DNA of 64,000 nucleotides from a virus (Duplodnaviria; Caudoviricetes): IMG/VR virus record IMGVR_UViG_2934748790_000001, positions 32,001 to 96,000 of that record; one strand, 5' to 3'. Shown piece by piece: positions 8,521 to 17,286 of this stretch (position 1 is its first letter; each line of letters starts with the position of its first letter). The notes under the pieces were generated by a model. It saw only the letters and a program-made list of their open reading frames with translations, ran no database searches and was not told where the DNA came from. The position numbers and the translations under genes were made by a program.

Positions 8521-9201
8521 TCACATCTCGATCAGGATTCCCGCATCGCGTGCGAGGCTCAGGGCCAGTTCGGTGGCTCCCGGGCCTCGCACGGTCGCTC
8601 CCTTGAGGCCGGCGGTCCCGCCGATGTCGAGCATGGTGCAGTTGGTGAACTCGGCTTTGGACATCTTGCAGTTGGCGAACTGCGCGCCGGTCAGGTTGCA
8701 GCCTTCGAAGGTCACGTGGGCGAGTTCGGCTCCTTGGAAGTCGGCCTGCTGGAGGTTCACGTCCTGGAAGACGACGCGGCGCAGCTTCGAGCCCCGGAAG
8801 TGGGCCATGTCTGCGCGTCCGCCCTCGACGGTGACGTCCGTGAAGTGGCTGGACTGCCAGTGCGATCCGGTGAGGCGGCTCATGGCGACCCTGCACTTGA
8901 GCAGGGAGACGTCCAGGGCGCGGAAGCCGGCGAAGTCGACGGTGTCGAATTCCGAGTCGCTGAGTACGGACTGGCGCAGTGACGCGTTGATGAAGCGGGC
9001 GTTGGAGAGTCGGGAGTTTTCCATTTCCAGGATCTCGGCTGCACCGGTCAGCAGCGTTCCATCGAAATGCACTGCCCGCAGCACGGCGTCGTCCGTGAAT
9101 TCCTCGGCCTCGGCCAGCCGGGGGTTGGTGTGCACCTTGGGCTTGGCTGGTTTTTGAACCGGGGGCTTGTACACGTCGCGCTGGCTGCCGACCGGTGTCA
9201 T
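8521..9201 (-). CDS. pentapeptide-repeat protein (MfpA/Qnr/McbG-like)
   Basis: Tandem A(D/N)(L/F)xx repeats: ADMAHFRGSKLRRVVFQDVNLQQADFQGAELAHVTFEGCNLTGAQF. Confidence 0.93.
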   Translation of the reverse strand: MTPVGSQRDVYKPPVQKPAKPKVHTNPRLAEAEEFTDDAVLRAVHFDGTLLTGAAEILEMENSRLSNARFINASLRQSVLSDSEFDTVDFAGFRALDVSLLKCRVAMSRLTGSHWQSSHFTDVTVEGGRADMAHFRGSKLRRVVFQDVNLQQADFQGAELAHVTFEGCNLTGAQFANCKMSKAEFTNCTMLDIGGTAGLKGATVRGPGATELALSLARDAGILIEM

Positions 9202-9253
9202 TTCGCGTCTCCTTCGTCACGTTCGGAGGGCGCAGCTTAGCAGCGATGAGAGC

Positions 9254-9267
9254 AGCACAGATGTTCG
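9254..9267 (-). promoter_or_regulatory. imperfect LexA (SOS) box upstream of the pentapeptide gene
   Basis: Minus strand CGAAC-ATCT-GTGCT, upstream of a TAAGCT -10-like hexamer. Confidence 0.35.
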
Positions 9268-9274
9268 CAACAGA

Positions 9275-9311
9275 AAGGCACCCGAAGCAGTTTCCGACTG
9301 CCGGGTGCCTT
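9275..9311 (-). terminator. intrinsic terminator of the recombinase-led operon
   Basis: AAGGCACCCG/CGGGTGCCTT stem followed by a T-rich tail on the minus strand. Confidence 0.7.
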
Positions 9312-9339
9312 ACCGGTTGCTGAATGCAGTGAAATGGTT

Positions 9340-9555
9340 CTACGCCATGCGTTCGCGTACGGCCTGAAGCACGGCGAGGGCCATGTCCCACTCCGCCAGG
9401 TCGTCCTCCGGGTGCTCGCCGGGATTCTCGGCGATGCGCCATCCGTAGGCCCAGACCGTGGCGCTGTACTCCCGAGCCGCCTGGGGGGACATCTTCGCGA
9501 TGCGGCGGCGGGCGTCGTTCAGGAGCTTGGTGTCGGCGGTCCGTCGGGTGAACAC
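9340..9555 (-). CDS. hypothetical protein
   Basis: GGAG SD, GTG start, 71 aa. Confidence 0.7.
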   Translation of the reverse strand: MFTRRTADTKLLNDARRRIAKMSPQAAREYSATVWAYGWRIAENPGEHPEDDLAEWDMALAVLQAVRERMA

Positions 9556-9827
9556 GAGGGGCGCTCCATCGAGTTGCGGCGGTAGTTGGGCAGAAGGTGG
9601 CCCTCTGAGCTGAGAACGGCTGCGGGGCGGGCGCTCAGGGCGTCGGCGAGGGCCTGGTGCTCGTCGTCGGCCTGGGACGTCCAGCGGCCGACGACGATGC
9701 CGAGGGTGCCGATGCGGTAGACGGTCGCGGGCTCGGCCCTGCGGTAGGGCGGGGCGGTCTCCTGGTAGTAGGTGCGGTAGCGCCAGGGCCAGGTCCGCTG
9801 GCAGCGGGTGGTGGTGACCAGGGGCAT
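9519..9827 (-). CDS. hypothetical phage protein
   Basis: YQETAPPYRRA...GIVVGRW; operonic position. Confidence 0.65.
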   Translation of the reverse strand: MPLVTTTRCQRTWPWRYRTYYQETAPPYRRAEPATVYRIGTLGIVVGRWTSQADDEHQALADALSARPAAVLSSEGHLLPNYRRNSMERPSCSPDGPPTPSS

Positions 9828-9835
9828 CGGATCAA

Positions 9836-10234
9836 TCACCAGGCCGCGCGGGTGTAGGGCTTGCCGTTGAAGACTTGGTTGATCATCCGCCCGGGGCTGC
9901 CGGCTGCGCGGAATCTGTTCCACTCGCGGCGGGTCACGCCGTAATACTCGTAGCCGACGCCGTCCTGGTAGATACCAGGGGCGACCTTTTCGCCACGGAA
10001 TCTCACGAACATGGTCTTCGACTTGTAGTCGTAGCCGGCCGCCACGGTTCGGGGCCTGGGCGGGTTGCTGGTGTTGGTCGGGCGCTCGGTGAGTAGCGTC
10101 TGGTCGTCGCCGAGGTGGAAGGCCCGCAGAAGGGCTGCTGTCTTGCGGGGGCCCAGGTCTTCGCGTGATTGCAGGATGTATTCGCGGATCTCTTCGGGCG
10201 TGTAGCCACCGCCCGGCGGCATTCCTCGGGGCAT
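9836..10234 (-). CDS. KTSC-domain-like protein
   Basis: TVAAGYD...MFVRFR...YEYYGV...WNRFRAAGSPGRMIN motif. Confidence 0.8.
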   Translation of the reverse strand: MPRGMPPGGGYTPEEIREYILQSREDLGPRKTAALLRAFHLGDDQTLLTERPTNTSNPPRPRTVAAGYDYKSKTMFVRFRGEKVAPGIYQDGVGYEYYGVTRREWNRFRAAGSPGRMINQVFNGKPYTRAAW

Positions 10235-10308
10235 CGAAAACCCTCCCGTTCCAGTCGGTTCTCCGACCGTAGAAGGGGAGGGTTTTCTGGCAATATTCCT
10301 ACTACGCC

Positions 10309-10689
10309 CTACGGTAGGACTCGGACCAGGAGTTCAGTGGCAGATACGGGGTCGATCCGGAGATCGCTGGTGCACTCGATACGGAGGGCATGATCGTCAG
10401 TGACCTGGACATCGAAGGAGTCCGGGTATGCCGCCCTGCGGCCGGGGACACGAAATTCAATCCCTACGTTGCGGCCCAGGGGACGCCCTTCATCGTCGGG
10501 GTCATCGCCAGCGGTGTCACAAAGAAAGGTATTGCTGTCGGCGGGGCCACCGTTGACTTGGGCCCGAAGTTCCTCGACCTCTCTCCGGAGCCGAAGCACC
10601 TCGCGGTTCAGATTGGTGACACCGTTTTGCACCCAAGCGGGCTGCTTGGGAAGCCTTGGGTCGTCGAAGGGCAGAGAGGTGTGGGTCAC
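10309..10689 (-). CDS. hypothetical protein (coiled coil)
   Basis: GTGA overlap with the recombinase stop; LPKQPAWVQ...LNREVLRLRRE. Confidence 0.7.
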   Translation of the reverse strand: MTHTSLPFDDPRLPKQPAWVQNGVTNLNREVLRLRREVEELRAQVNGGPADSNTFLCDTAGDDPDDEGRPLGRNVGIEFRVPGRRAAYPDSFDVQVTDDHALRIECTSDLRIDPVSATELLVRVLP

Positions 10690-11711
10690 GGCGCCTGTGT
10701 CTTCCAGTTGATGCCGATGGGGTTGCGGTGGTGGCCGGCAGGGAGTCGAGAAGCGTGCCGGTAGATCATAGTGGTGCTGAAGTCTTTGTGTCCGTAGTAG
10801 GTCATGACGCGGTCGTAGCTGGGCTTGTCGGGGTCGACCAGCGCGAGCGTGATGGTGGTTGCGCGGCCGTCGTGGGGACCGATGGTAAAGCCGCATGCTC
10901 GTCCGGCTTCCTGGACCATGCGGTAGATGCCGGATGCGTCGAGCCGGGTGTGTTCGAGTTGCCCGGTCTCTTTGTTCCGTGTGCGGCGCCCGGTGGACAT
11001 GATGAGAGGGCCTGCGGTTCGGCCGTCGAGGAATTCGTCTGTCAGTTCGGCGAGGCGGTGGGGGATGTCGATGTCTACCCAGGCACCGCCCTTGCGTTTG
11101 AACCGGAGCATGCGACCTCGGGGGACCTGGTAGAAGTTCTCCGCGCTGACGTTCTCGATTTCCTCGCACCGTAGTCCGGGTCCGAAGGCGTAGCCGTTGG
11201 CGATCTGAGAACGGATCGACCTTTTTCGGGCAGCCGTCAGGACGTCGTTGATTTCCCAGGGGAGCAGCACGGAGCGTTGCTTCCGGGTGCGCGTTTCGAG
11301 CTTTACCGCCTTGATCGGGTTGGTGCCTCGGAGTTGGTGGACGATGGAGTAGGAGAAGGCGGAGCTGAGCGCGTCGTACTTTGCTTTGAGGCTGGGGGTT
11401 CCGTACGGCAAGCTCGCGCATTCCGTGGTGCAGTCGCCGGGGTGGTCGTCCCAGTGAGGGCTTTCGAGGTAGGTGAAATAGTCCTCGACTTCTTCGACGC
11501 CAGCTTGTTTGAGTGCGTCGATTCCTGCGTAGTCGCTGTATCGCTCCATCCAGCCGAGGAAGAGTTCGAAATATGGCAGGTACTTGCGGCGGGTCTCGGG
11601 GCTCGTGAGCTGGTTGCCCCATCGGCGGATGAACGTCTCCAGGTCCATCTCGGTGTTGCGGGCGCGGCGGGTGCGGTCGGCCCATGCGGGCGGTGCGGTG
11701 CTGGCGGGCAT
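10686..11711 (-). CDS. tyrosine recombinase (integrase/XerC-like)
   Basis: Catalytic R (GLRCEEI), K (KRKGG), HxxR (HDGR), H (YGH), Y (TMIY). Confidence 0.92.
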   Translation of the reverse strand: MPASTAPPAWADRTRRARNTEMDLETFIRRWGNQLTSPETRRKYLPYFELFLGWMERYSDYAGIDALKQAGVEEVEDYFTYLESPHWDDHPGDCTTECASLPYGTPSLKAKYDALSSAFSYSIVHQLRGTNPIKAVKLETRTRKQRSVLLPWEINDVLTAARKRSIRSQIANGYAFGPGLRCEEIENVSAENFYQVPRGRMLRFKRKGGAWVDIDIPHRLAELTDEFLDGRTAGPLIMSTGRRTRNKETGQLEHTRLDASGIYRMVQEAGRACGFTIGPHDGRATTITLALVDPDKPSYDRVMTYYGHKDFSTTMIYRHASRLPAGHHRNPIGINWKTQAP

Positions 11712-11815
11712 AGGCGCACCCTAGCGAGACAACGCATAGGTAGTCATGGGCTTCCATGCATTGACGGCAGGAGCGCGATTATTTGACCTTATTTGTCCGG
11801 CTTTAGCTTCGCCGG
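11712..11815. promoter_or_regulatory. divergent promoters, probably leaderless (recombinase / terminase)
   Basis: TAGGGT-N6-ATG on the minus strand (11718-11723); TAGCTT-N6-ATG on the plus strand (11804-11809); no SD at either start. Confidence 0.55.
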
Positions 11816-13366
11816 ATGGGGACCCCACTTGATGCTACGGAGCGCGAGCTGACCCTTGGCATGCCCGAGGAGCCGGAGCCGACCGATGCTGCCGACGGAG
11901 ACCAGGCCGTCATCGAGGACATCATCGACAAGATCATCTTGGTCATCGACGAACTGTCCGGTCACCCCCTGCGCCCGTACCAGCTCCCCCTGGCCCGTCG
12001 CATTCTGGAGTCACTCATCATCGAGGACTCCGCCAAGATCACCGCGCTGTGGAGCCGGCAGTCCGGAAAATCCGAGACCGTCGCCGACACTGTGGCCGGC
12101 GCGGCAATCATGCTCCCCCGGCTCGCCAAGGTGTTTCCCACACTTCTGGGGAAGTTCAAAGAGGGTCTGTGGGTCGGTGTTTTCGCCCCGACCGACGAGA
12201 TGTCCGAGACTCTCTTTTCCCGCATCGTTGGCCGGCTCACATCCGAGCGCGCCCAGGACATCATGGCGGACCCGGAGATCGACGAGAAGTTGGTGGCCCG
12301 GGGAAAGGTTCTCCACCTCAAGCGCTGCGGGAGCCTCATTCGAAAGCAGACGGCACATCCGAAGGCCATGATCGAGGGGCAGACCTACCACCTGGTCGTG
12401 ATCGACGAGGCGCAGGCTGCCGACGACAAGGTACTCAACAAGAGCATCACGCCGATGCTGGCTTCCACCGCTGGGACGATCTGTCTGACAGGCACCCCCA
12501 CGTACACGAAGTCGGGTTTCTACGAACAGATACAGAAGAATAAGAGAGAATCCACTCGCAAGGGCAGAAAGAGCAACCACTTCCAGGTCGACTGGAAGGA
12601 AGTCTCCAAAAGTGTTCCGCGCTACAAGAAGTTCGTGCAGAGCGAGATGGACCGCCTCGGCGAGGACAGCGACGAATTCAAACTGTCTTACCGGCTGATT
12701 TGGCTGCTCGACAAGGGCATGCTCTGCACCTCCGACCGTTTCGATTCGCTCGGCGACGTCTCCATGCGTGCAGTGCAGGAGTGGCACCGCTCCCCCGTGA
12801 TCGTCGGAATCGACCCCGCCCGGAAAACGGACTCCACGATCGTCACTGTCTGCTGGGTGAACTGGGATTACCCCGACGAGTACGGAAACTACGAGCACCG
12901 CGTGCTCAACTGGTTGGATCTCCAGGGCCTGGACTGGGAGACGCAGTATTACCGCATCGTCGAATTCCTCTCCCATTACAACGTTTTCGCTATCGGCATC
13001 GACGCCGGCGGCCTCGGCGACGTGGTGGCCAGCAGGCTGCGAGTGCTCATGCCCTACTCCCAGATGATCGACCTGAAAAGCGACCGCACGAATCAGACCA
13101 AGCGTTGGGCCCACATGATGGACCTCATGTCCAAGGGCCTCGTGATCTGGCCGGCGCACGCCAAGACGCGGTCCACAAAGACCTGGCGGAGATTCAGGCA
13201 GCAGATGGAAGACGCTGAGCTGACCTACCAGGGCCCCCACATCATCGTCGCGGCGCCCGAGGTGGATGCCGCGCACGACGACTACGTGGACTCCCTGGCC
13301 AACGCCCTCTTTCTCACCGCAGAAATGAGCATGCCCGAGGTCGAGATGCAGAATGCACCCTGGTAG
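11816..13366 (+). CDS. terL: terminase large subunit
   Basis: Walker A SRQSGKS, Walker B VVIDEAQ, TGTP, nuclease GIDPAR and HDDYVDS. Confidence 0.95.
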   Translation: MGTPLDATERELTLGMPEEPEPTDAADGDQAVIEDIIDKIILVIDELSGHPLRPYQLPLARRILESLIIEDSAKITALWSRQSGKSETVADTVAGAAIMLPRLAKVFPTLLGKFKEGLWVGVFAPTDEMSETLFSRIVGRLTSERAQDIMADPEIDEKLVARGKVLHLKRCGSLIRKQTAHPKAMIEGQTYHLVVIDEAQAADDKVLNKSITPMLASTAGTICLTGTPTYTKSGFYEQIQKNKRESTRKGRKSNHFQVDWKEVSKSVPRYKKFVQSEMDRLGEDSDEFKLSYRLIWLLDKGMLCTSDRFDSLGDVSMRAVQEWHRSPVIVGIDPARKTDSTIVTVCWVNWDYPDEYGNYEHRVLNWLDLQGLDWETQYYRIVEFLSHYNVFAIGIDAGGLGDVVASRLRVLMPYSQMIDLKSDRTNQTKRWAHMMDLMSKGLVIWPAHAKTRSTKTWRRFRQQMEDAELTYQGPHIIVAAPEVDAAHDDYVDSLANALFLTAEMSMPEVEMQNAPW

Positions 13367-13435
13367 CCATTACCGGTAGCAAAAAGCCCCGACCTAGCGT
13401 CCTGGTGAGACGTCTCAAAAAATGGGAGGCACACC

Positions 13436-13831
13436 ATGGCGCAGAGCCCCCTCGCCCCTGACCCGAATTTCCACGAGTCCGCTGACCGCCACTACGAGCG
13501 GAAGACCGCCAGCAACCCTGCTCGGCGCGGCCCCCTGCGTTTCCAGGAAGGCATCGCCTCCGACAGTGACGTGCCCGCCGAGTTCAGCGAGGGCGTCATG
13601 CAGGGCTACCGCACGCCGCCTGGCCGCTCGAACCACAACGTCAACGTGTTCACGAAGTCCGCCGAGGAAACCACGCGGGAGCGGGCGCACGTGGGGAGCG
13701 CAAGCTGGCCGGAGGCCCCCACCTTCATCTCGGCCATGGCCGAGGGGGCGAGCGAGCGTGAGCTGAGCTACTCCAGCGTCGACCGGGGCGAGCGCCCCCA
13801 CATCCGCCGGAACTACGCCCGGGTGGACTGA
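13436..13831 (+). CDS. conserved phage protein of the head module
   Basis: GGGAGG SD; RRGPLRFQEG...ERAHVGSASW. Confidence 0.8.
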   Translation: MAQSPLAPDPNFHESADRHYERKTASNPARRGPLRFQEGIASDSDVPAEFSEGVMQGYRTPPGRSNHNVNVFTKSAEETTRERAHVGSASWPEAPTFISAMAEGASERELSYSSVDRGERPHIRRNYARVD

Positions 13832-13832
13832 C

Positions 13833-14543
13833 GTGACCCAGCCCGGACAGTCGACCCCGTGGGCGAAGTTCCCCATCCCCTCGTCAGGGAAGGTGCCGGA
13901 CGTCCCGGTCGACCTGGCGGCGGTCGTCGACCCGATCGACACGCTCCTCAAGAACGTGATCGGCGGGGCGACGGCCCCTACGGGCCCGCTCAGTCCCACC
14001 ATCACCGAGGCGTCCGCCAGTATCGGGTCTCTCAATGCCACTCAGAGCAGCCAGCAGACGGACATCGCCCAGATCAAGGACCAGATCGCCAGGCTTTCGG
14101 CGGTGCCGTGGGCGTCGGCGACAGCTCGCACCACGACGCTGAGTATCACCGGCACCACCCGTACGCCCACCCAGGTCCACTCGATGACCATTCCGTCCGC
14201 CCCGCAGCGGCGCCTGCTCATGGTGCACACGACGATGAGTGTGGGGTGGACGGATAACGCCACCACCACTCAGGCGCGAGCCCGTCTCCAGCTCCGGGCG
14301 GACGGCTCGGCCACCTACGTCGACCGCAACATCAGCATCACCAGCGGGGTGGACCAGACGGCGACCTTGAGCTTCGTCGAGACCGTCGAAGCGGGAAAGA
14401 GCCCCTCGGTGCGCCTGACCTTGGAGGTCTATGGCCAGTCCGCCTCTTCGTCTCGCATCCTCGCGACGCAGCCGCCGGACCCTCGCATCTATGCCGTTGC
14501 GCTCCCCTGGAGTGGCCTGACCGTGCCGTACCTGCCCGTGTAG
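13833..14543 (+). CDS. putative virion structural protein
   Basis: Coiled coil plus Thr/Ser-rich beta domain, in the head operon. Confidence 0.75.
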   Translation: MTQPGQSTPWAKFPIPSSGKVPDVPVDLAAVVDPIDTLLKNVIGGATAPTGPLSPTITEASASIGSLNATQSSQQTDIAQIKDQIARLSAVPWASATARTTTLSITGTTRTPTQVHSMTIPSAPQRRLLMVHTTMSVGWTDNATTTQARARLQLRADGSATYVDRNISITSGVDQTATLSFVETVEAGKSPSVRLTLEVYGQSASSSRILATQPPDPRIYAVALPWSGLTVPYLPV

Positions 14544-14624
14544 CGGCGGAGCTTACGTCAAGTACAGACCAGCATTCGTTTCATATTCATCATCGCTGGC
14601 GGAGTTGAAAGGAGGTGATGTCCT

Positions 14625-16338
14625 ATGTCCGTTGCTTTTGTCTCACCGTCCATGCGCGCAGCCGCCAGCGACCTGACCATCTCTGTCAGTCCGCTCGGAT
14701 TGGTCGAGTTGGCGGACGAGTTAAGAGGAATTTGAGGTACATGGCCCGCGTCTTACCCGGTACGCGAATCACTGGGCCTGGTATCTGGGGCATCACTGGG
14801 GGTACAAACGGGAGGCCGGCGAACCGAGCCTCACCATCAATTACGTCGGCGCCTTGAGCCGGTACATCACGAATTTCACATTCGGTCGTGGCGTGCACTT
14901 CCAGTCTGACAAGAAGTACGAGCACGTGGTGCCCGCGCTGCTGGAACGCGCCTGGGCGATCGACAACGACCGGAAGACCGTCCTGTGGCAGATGGGCGAA
15001 AACGGTTCAGTCAGTGGCGACTGTTTCGTGAAGGTCGCGTATGAACCGGCGTGGGCCGATGCTGCGGGAAACGCACACCCCGGTCGTGTTCGCATTCTTC
15101 CGCTCAACGGGGCGCAGTGCTTCCCCGAGTATCACCCCCACGATCGTGACCGCCTTCTCAGAATGAAGATCAAATACAAGTTCTGGGGCACTTCTCTCGA
15201 AGGCACTCGCGCGGTGTACACGTACACCGAGATCATCACGGACCACACCATCGAGGAGTACGTCAACGACGAGCTGCTCGACGCCCGGGAGAACCCACTC
15301 GGCACGATCCCCATCGTCCACATCCGGAACATCGCCGTATCCGGCTCCCCCTGGGGCCTCGCCGACATCGTTGACGTCATCCCCCTCAACCGGGAGTACA
15401 ACGAAAAGGCGACAGAAGTCTCGGACATCATCAACTACCACTCGGCCCCGGTCACCATCATCACCGGCGCCAAGGCCAGCAACCTGGAAAAGGGGCCGCG
15501 AAAAATCTGGGGCGGCCTTCCGAAGGACGCGCAGGTTTTCAACCTGGAGAACGGCGTCGACCTGAGCGGGCCGCTGGCCTACATGGACCTGATCAAGCGG
15601 TCCATGCACGAACTGACCGGCGTACCGGAGACAGCCCTCGGGCAAGCCCAGGCGATCTCCAACACCAGCGGGGTCGCGCTCAGCATTCAGTTCCTCCCCC
15701 TTATGCAGCGGTACGCGCTCAAGCAGACGAACTACACCCTCGGCCTCAAGCAGATCAACGAACTGGTCCTCCGGACCCTGTTCTTGTACGAGCCCGACAC
15801 CCTCGTCTACAACCCCGACACTCAGGGAATCCGCACTGCGGACGCCCAGCCCTTGATCATCGACCCCCGTGACCCCCAGGTCTACGACACGAAATGCGAG
15901 TGGCCGCCCCCCCTTCCGGTCGACGTTCTGGTGAAACTCAACGAGGTGCAGGCGAAGCTGGCTCTCGGGTTGGAGTCCAAGCGGGGAGCCCTGCGCGACC
16001 TCGGCGAGACCTTCGTCGACGAGAAGATGCAGGAAATCTTCGACGAGCAGCTCCGGGAATCCCGTGAGGAAGGTGCGCTCGAACTTATTAAGGCTCAAAT
16101 AGCTAGCGCTATCTTGCGTTCAACGGGATTGCCGCCCACGGGCGTGGAAAGCCCGCCCCCTGCTCCGGCAAGCGGCTCCTCTACCTCGGCAGCCAAATCC
16201 GGGGCGACAAGTGCCGGCCCCTTGCCGGGACTCCCCGGAACGGGCAGTGGCAAGGACATCGAATCGGTTCTCAGTGAACTCGTGACGCTCTCCAAGGGCA
16301 CAAAGCTCGCCCAGCGGAGAAACCCGGAAAACGACTAG
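14625..16338 (+). CDS. portal protein, split into a 5' ORF (14625-14735) and a main frame (14725-16338); candidate 7-nt translational bypass
   Basis: AAGGAGGTGA SD before ATG 14625; MSVAFVSPSMRAAASDLTISVSPLGLVELADE continues in another frame as EFEVHGPRLTRY; SPP1-type portal motifs (NPLGTIPIVHI, SNTSGVAL). Confidence 0.88.
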
Positions 16339-16343
16339 ACCGC

Positions 16344-16373
16344 CCGCCTTTCATTCCTACTCATTCCGGCGGC
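16344..16373 (+). repeat. 30-nt late-gene leader repeat, copy 1
   Basis: CCGCCT-T-TCATTCCTACTCATTCCGGCGGC, 29/30 identical to 17233-17262. Confidence 0.85.
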
Positions 16374-16394
16374 TACCCAGCCTGGAGTGTAGAA

Positions 16395-17216
16395 GTGCCC
16401 GAAAACCCGAACCCCGCTGATTCCCCGGCCCCGCCGGCATCCCACCCTGGCAGCGGCGCCCCCACGAATCCGGACGGCACCATCACCGTCCGCCCCGCCG
16501 CTCAGCCGGCAGCACCCGCCGCCGAAGGTCGCAGCTTCACGCAGGCCGATGTGGAGCGTGCGCGCCAGGAGGAGAAGGACAAGCTGTACAGCCGTCTCCA
16601 GAAGGGCGACGAGAGGCTCCAGGGCCTCGAAGCCGAACTCGCCCGACTCCGTGAGGAGCGGGAGGCTCGCGAGAAGGCCGAGGCGGAGCGCCAGGCCGCC
16701 GAGGAGAAGGCCGCCAAGGAACAGGCGGAGGCGGACATGTCCGCCCGGAAGTTGGTCGACGAGCGCTCCACCGAGTGGGAGCGGCGGTTCGAGGAGCTAC
16801 AGCAGGAGCGGGAGCAGGAGCGGGCGACTCTCGCGAAGGAAGCTGAATTCAATCGGCTGCGTGCGTACATTCAGGAGCGAATCAATGCAGAGAGCAGCAG
16901 CATTGCTCCCGAGCTGCGTGACCTCGTGGCGGGTAACACCCCGGAAGAGGTGGACCAGTCCATCGAGATGCTGAAGGCCAAGACGGACGCCATTTTCACC
17001 TCGTTGCAGTCCGCACAGCAGGCAGCGCGGTCGCAGATGCGTGGAGTGGCGTCGACCGGTTACACCGGAAACGGCCCCACGGACGGTGACGCGGGCAACC
17101 GCCAGCTTTCCGTCGAAGACATCAAGAACATGCCGATGAGCGAGTTCGCGAAGTACCGCAACCAGCTCCTCGGGGCGGCAGCCAACAACACCAGCCAGCG
17201 CGGACTCTTCGACTAG
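16395..17216 (+). CDS. capsid scaffolding protein
   Basis: Long E/R/A coiled coil between portal and capsid; FTQADVERARQEEKDKLY. Confidence 0.85.
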   Translation: MPENPNPADSPAPPASHPGSGAPTNPDGTITVRPAAQPAAPAAEGRSFTQADVERARQEEKDKLYSRLQKGDERLQGLEAELARLREEREAREKAEAERQAAEEKAAKEQAEADMSARKLVDERSTEWERRFEELQQEREQERATLAKEAEFNRLRAYIQERINAESSSIAPELRDLVAGNTPEEVDQSIEMLKAKTDAIFTSLQSAQQAARSQMRGVASTGYTGNGPTDGDAGNRQLSVEDIKNMPMSEFAKYRNQLLGAAANNTSQRGLFD

Positions 17217-17232
17217 TCCGGCGCCTGCCCAT

Positions 17233-17262
17233 CCGCCTCTCATTCCTACTCATTCCGGCGGC
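17233..17262 (+). repeat. 30-nt late-gene leader repeat, copy 2
   Basis: CCGCCT-C-TCATTCCTACTCATTCCGGCGGC upstream of the capsid gene. Confidence 0.85.
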
Positions 17263-17286
17263 CCCTTCACGGAATGAGAGGTTCCC

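Noticed and set aside
14854-14856. TTG 14854 as the portal start (ORF track)
   Set aside because: No SD, and it would omit 43 in-frame protein-like codons plus the SD-led 5' segment.
14615-14857. 80-aa ORF overlapping the portal 5' end
   Set aside because: Its start overlaps the SD, its codon bias is poor, and it looks like a shadow frame.
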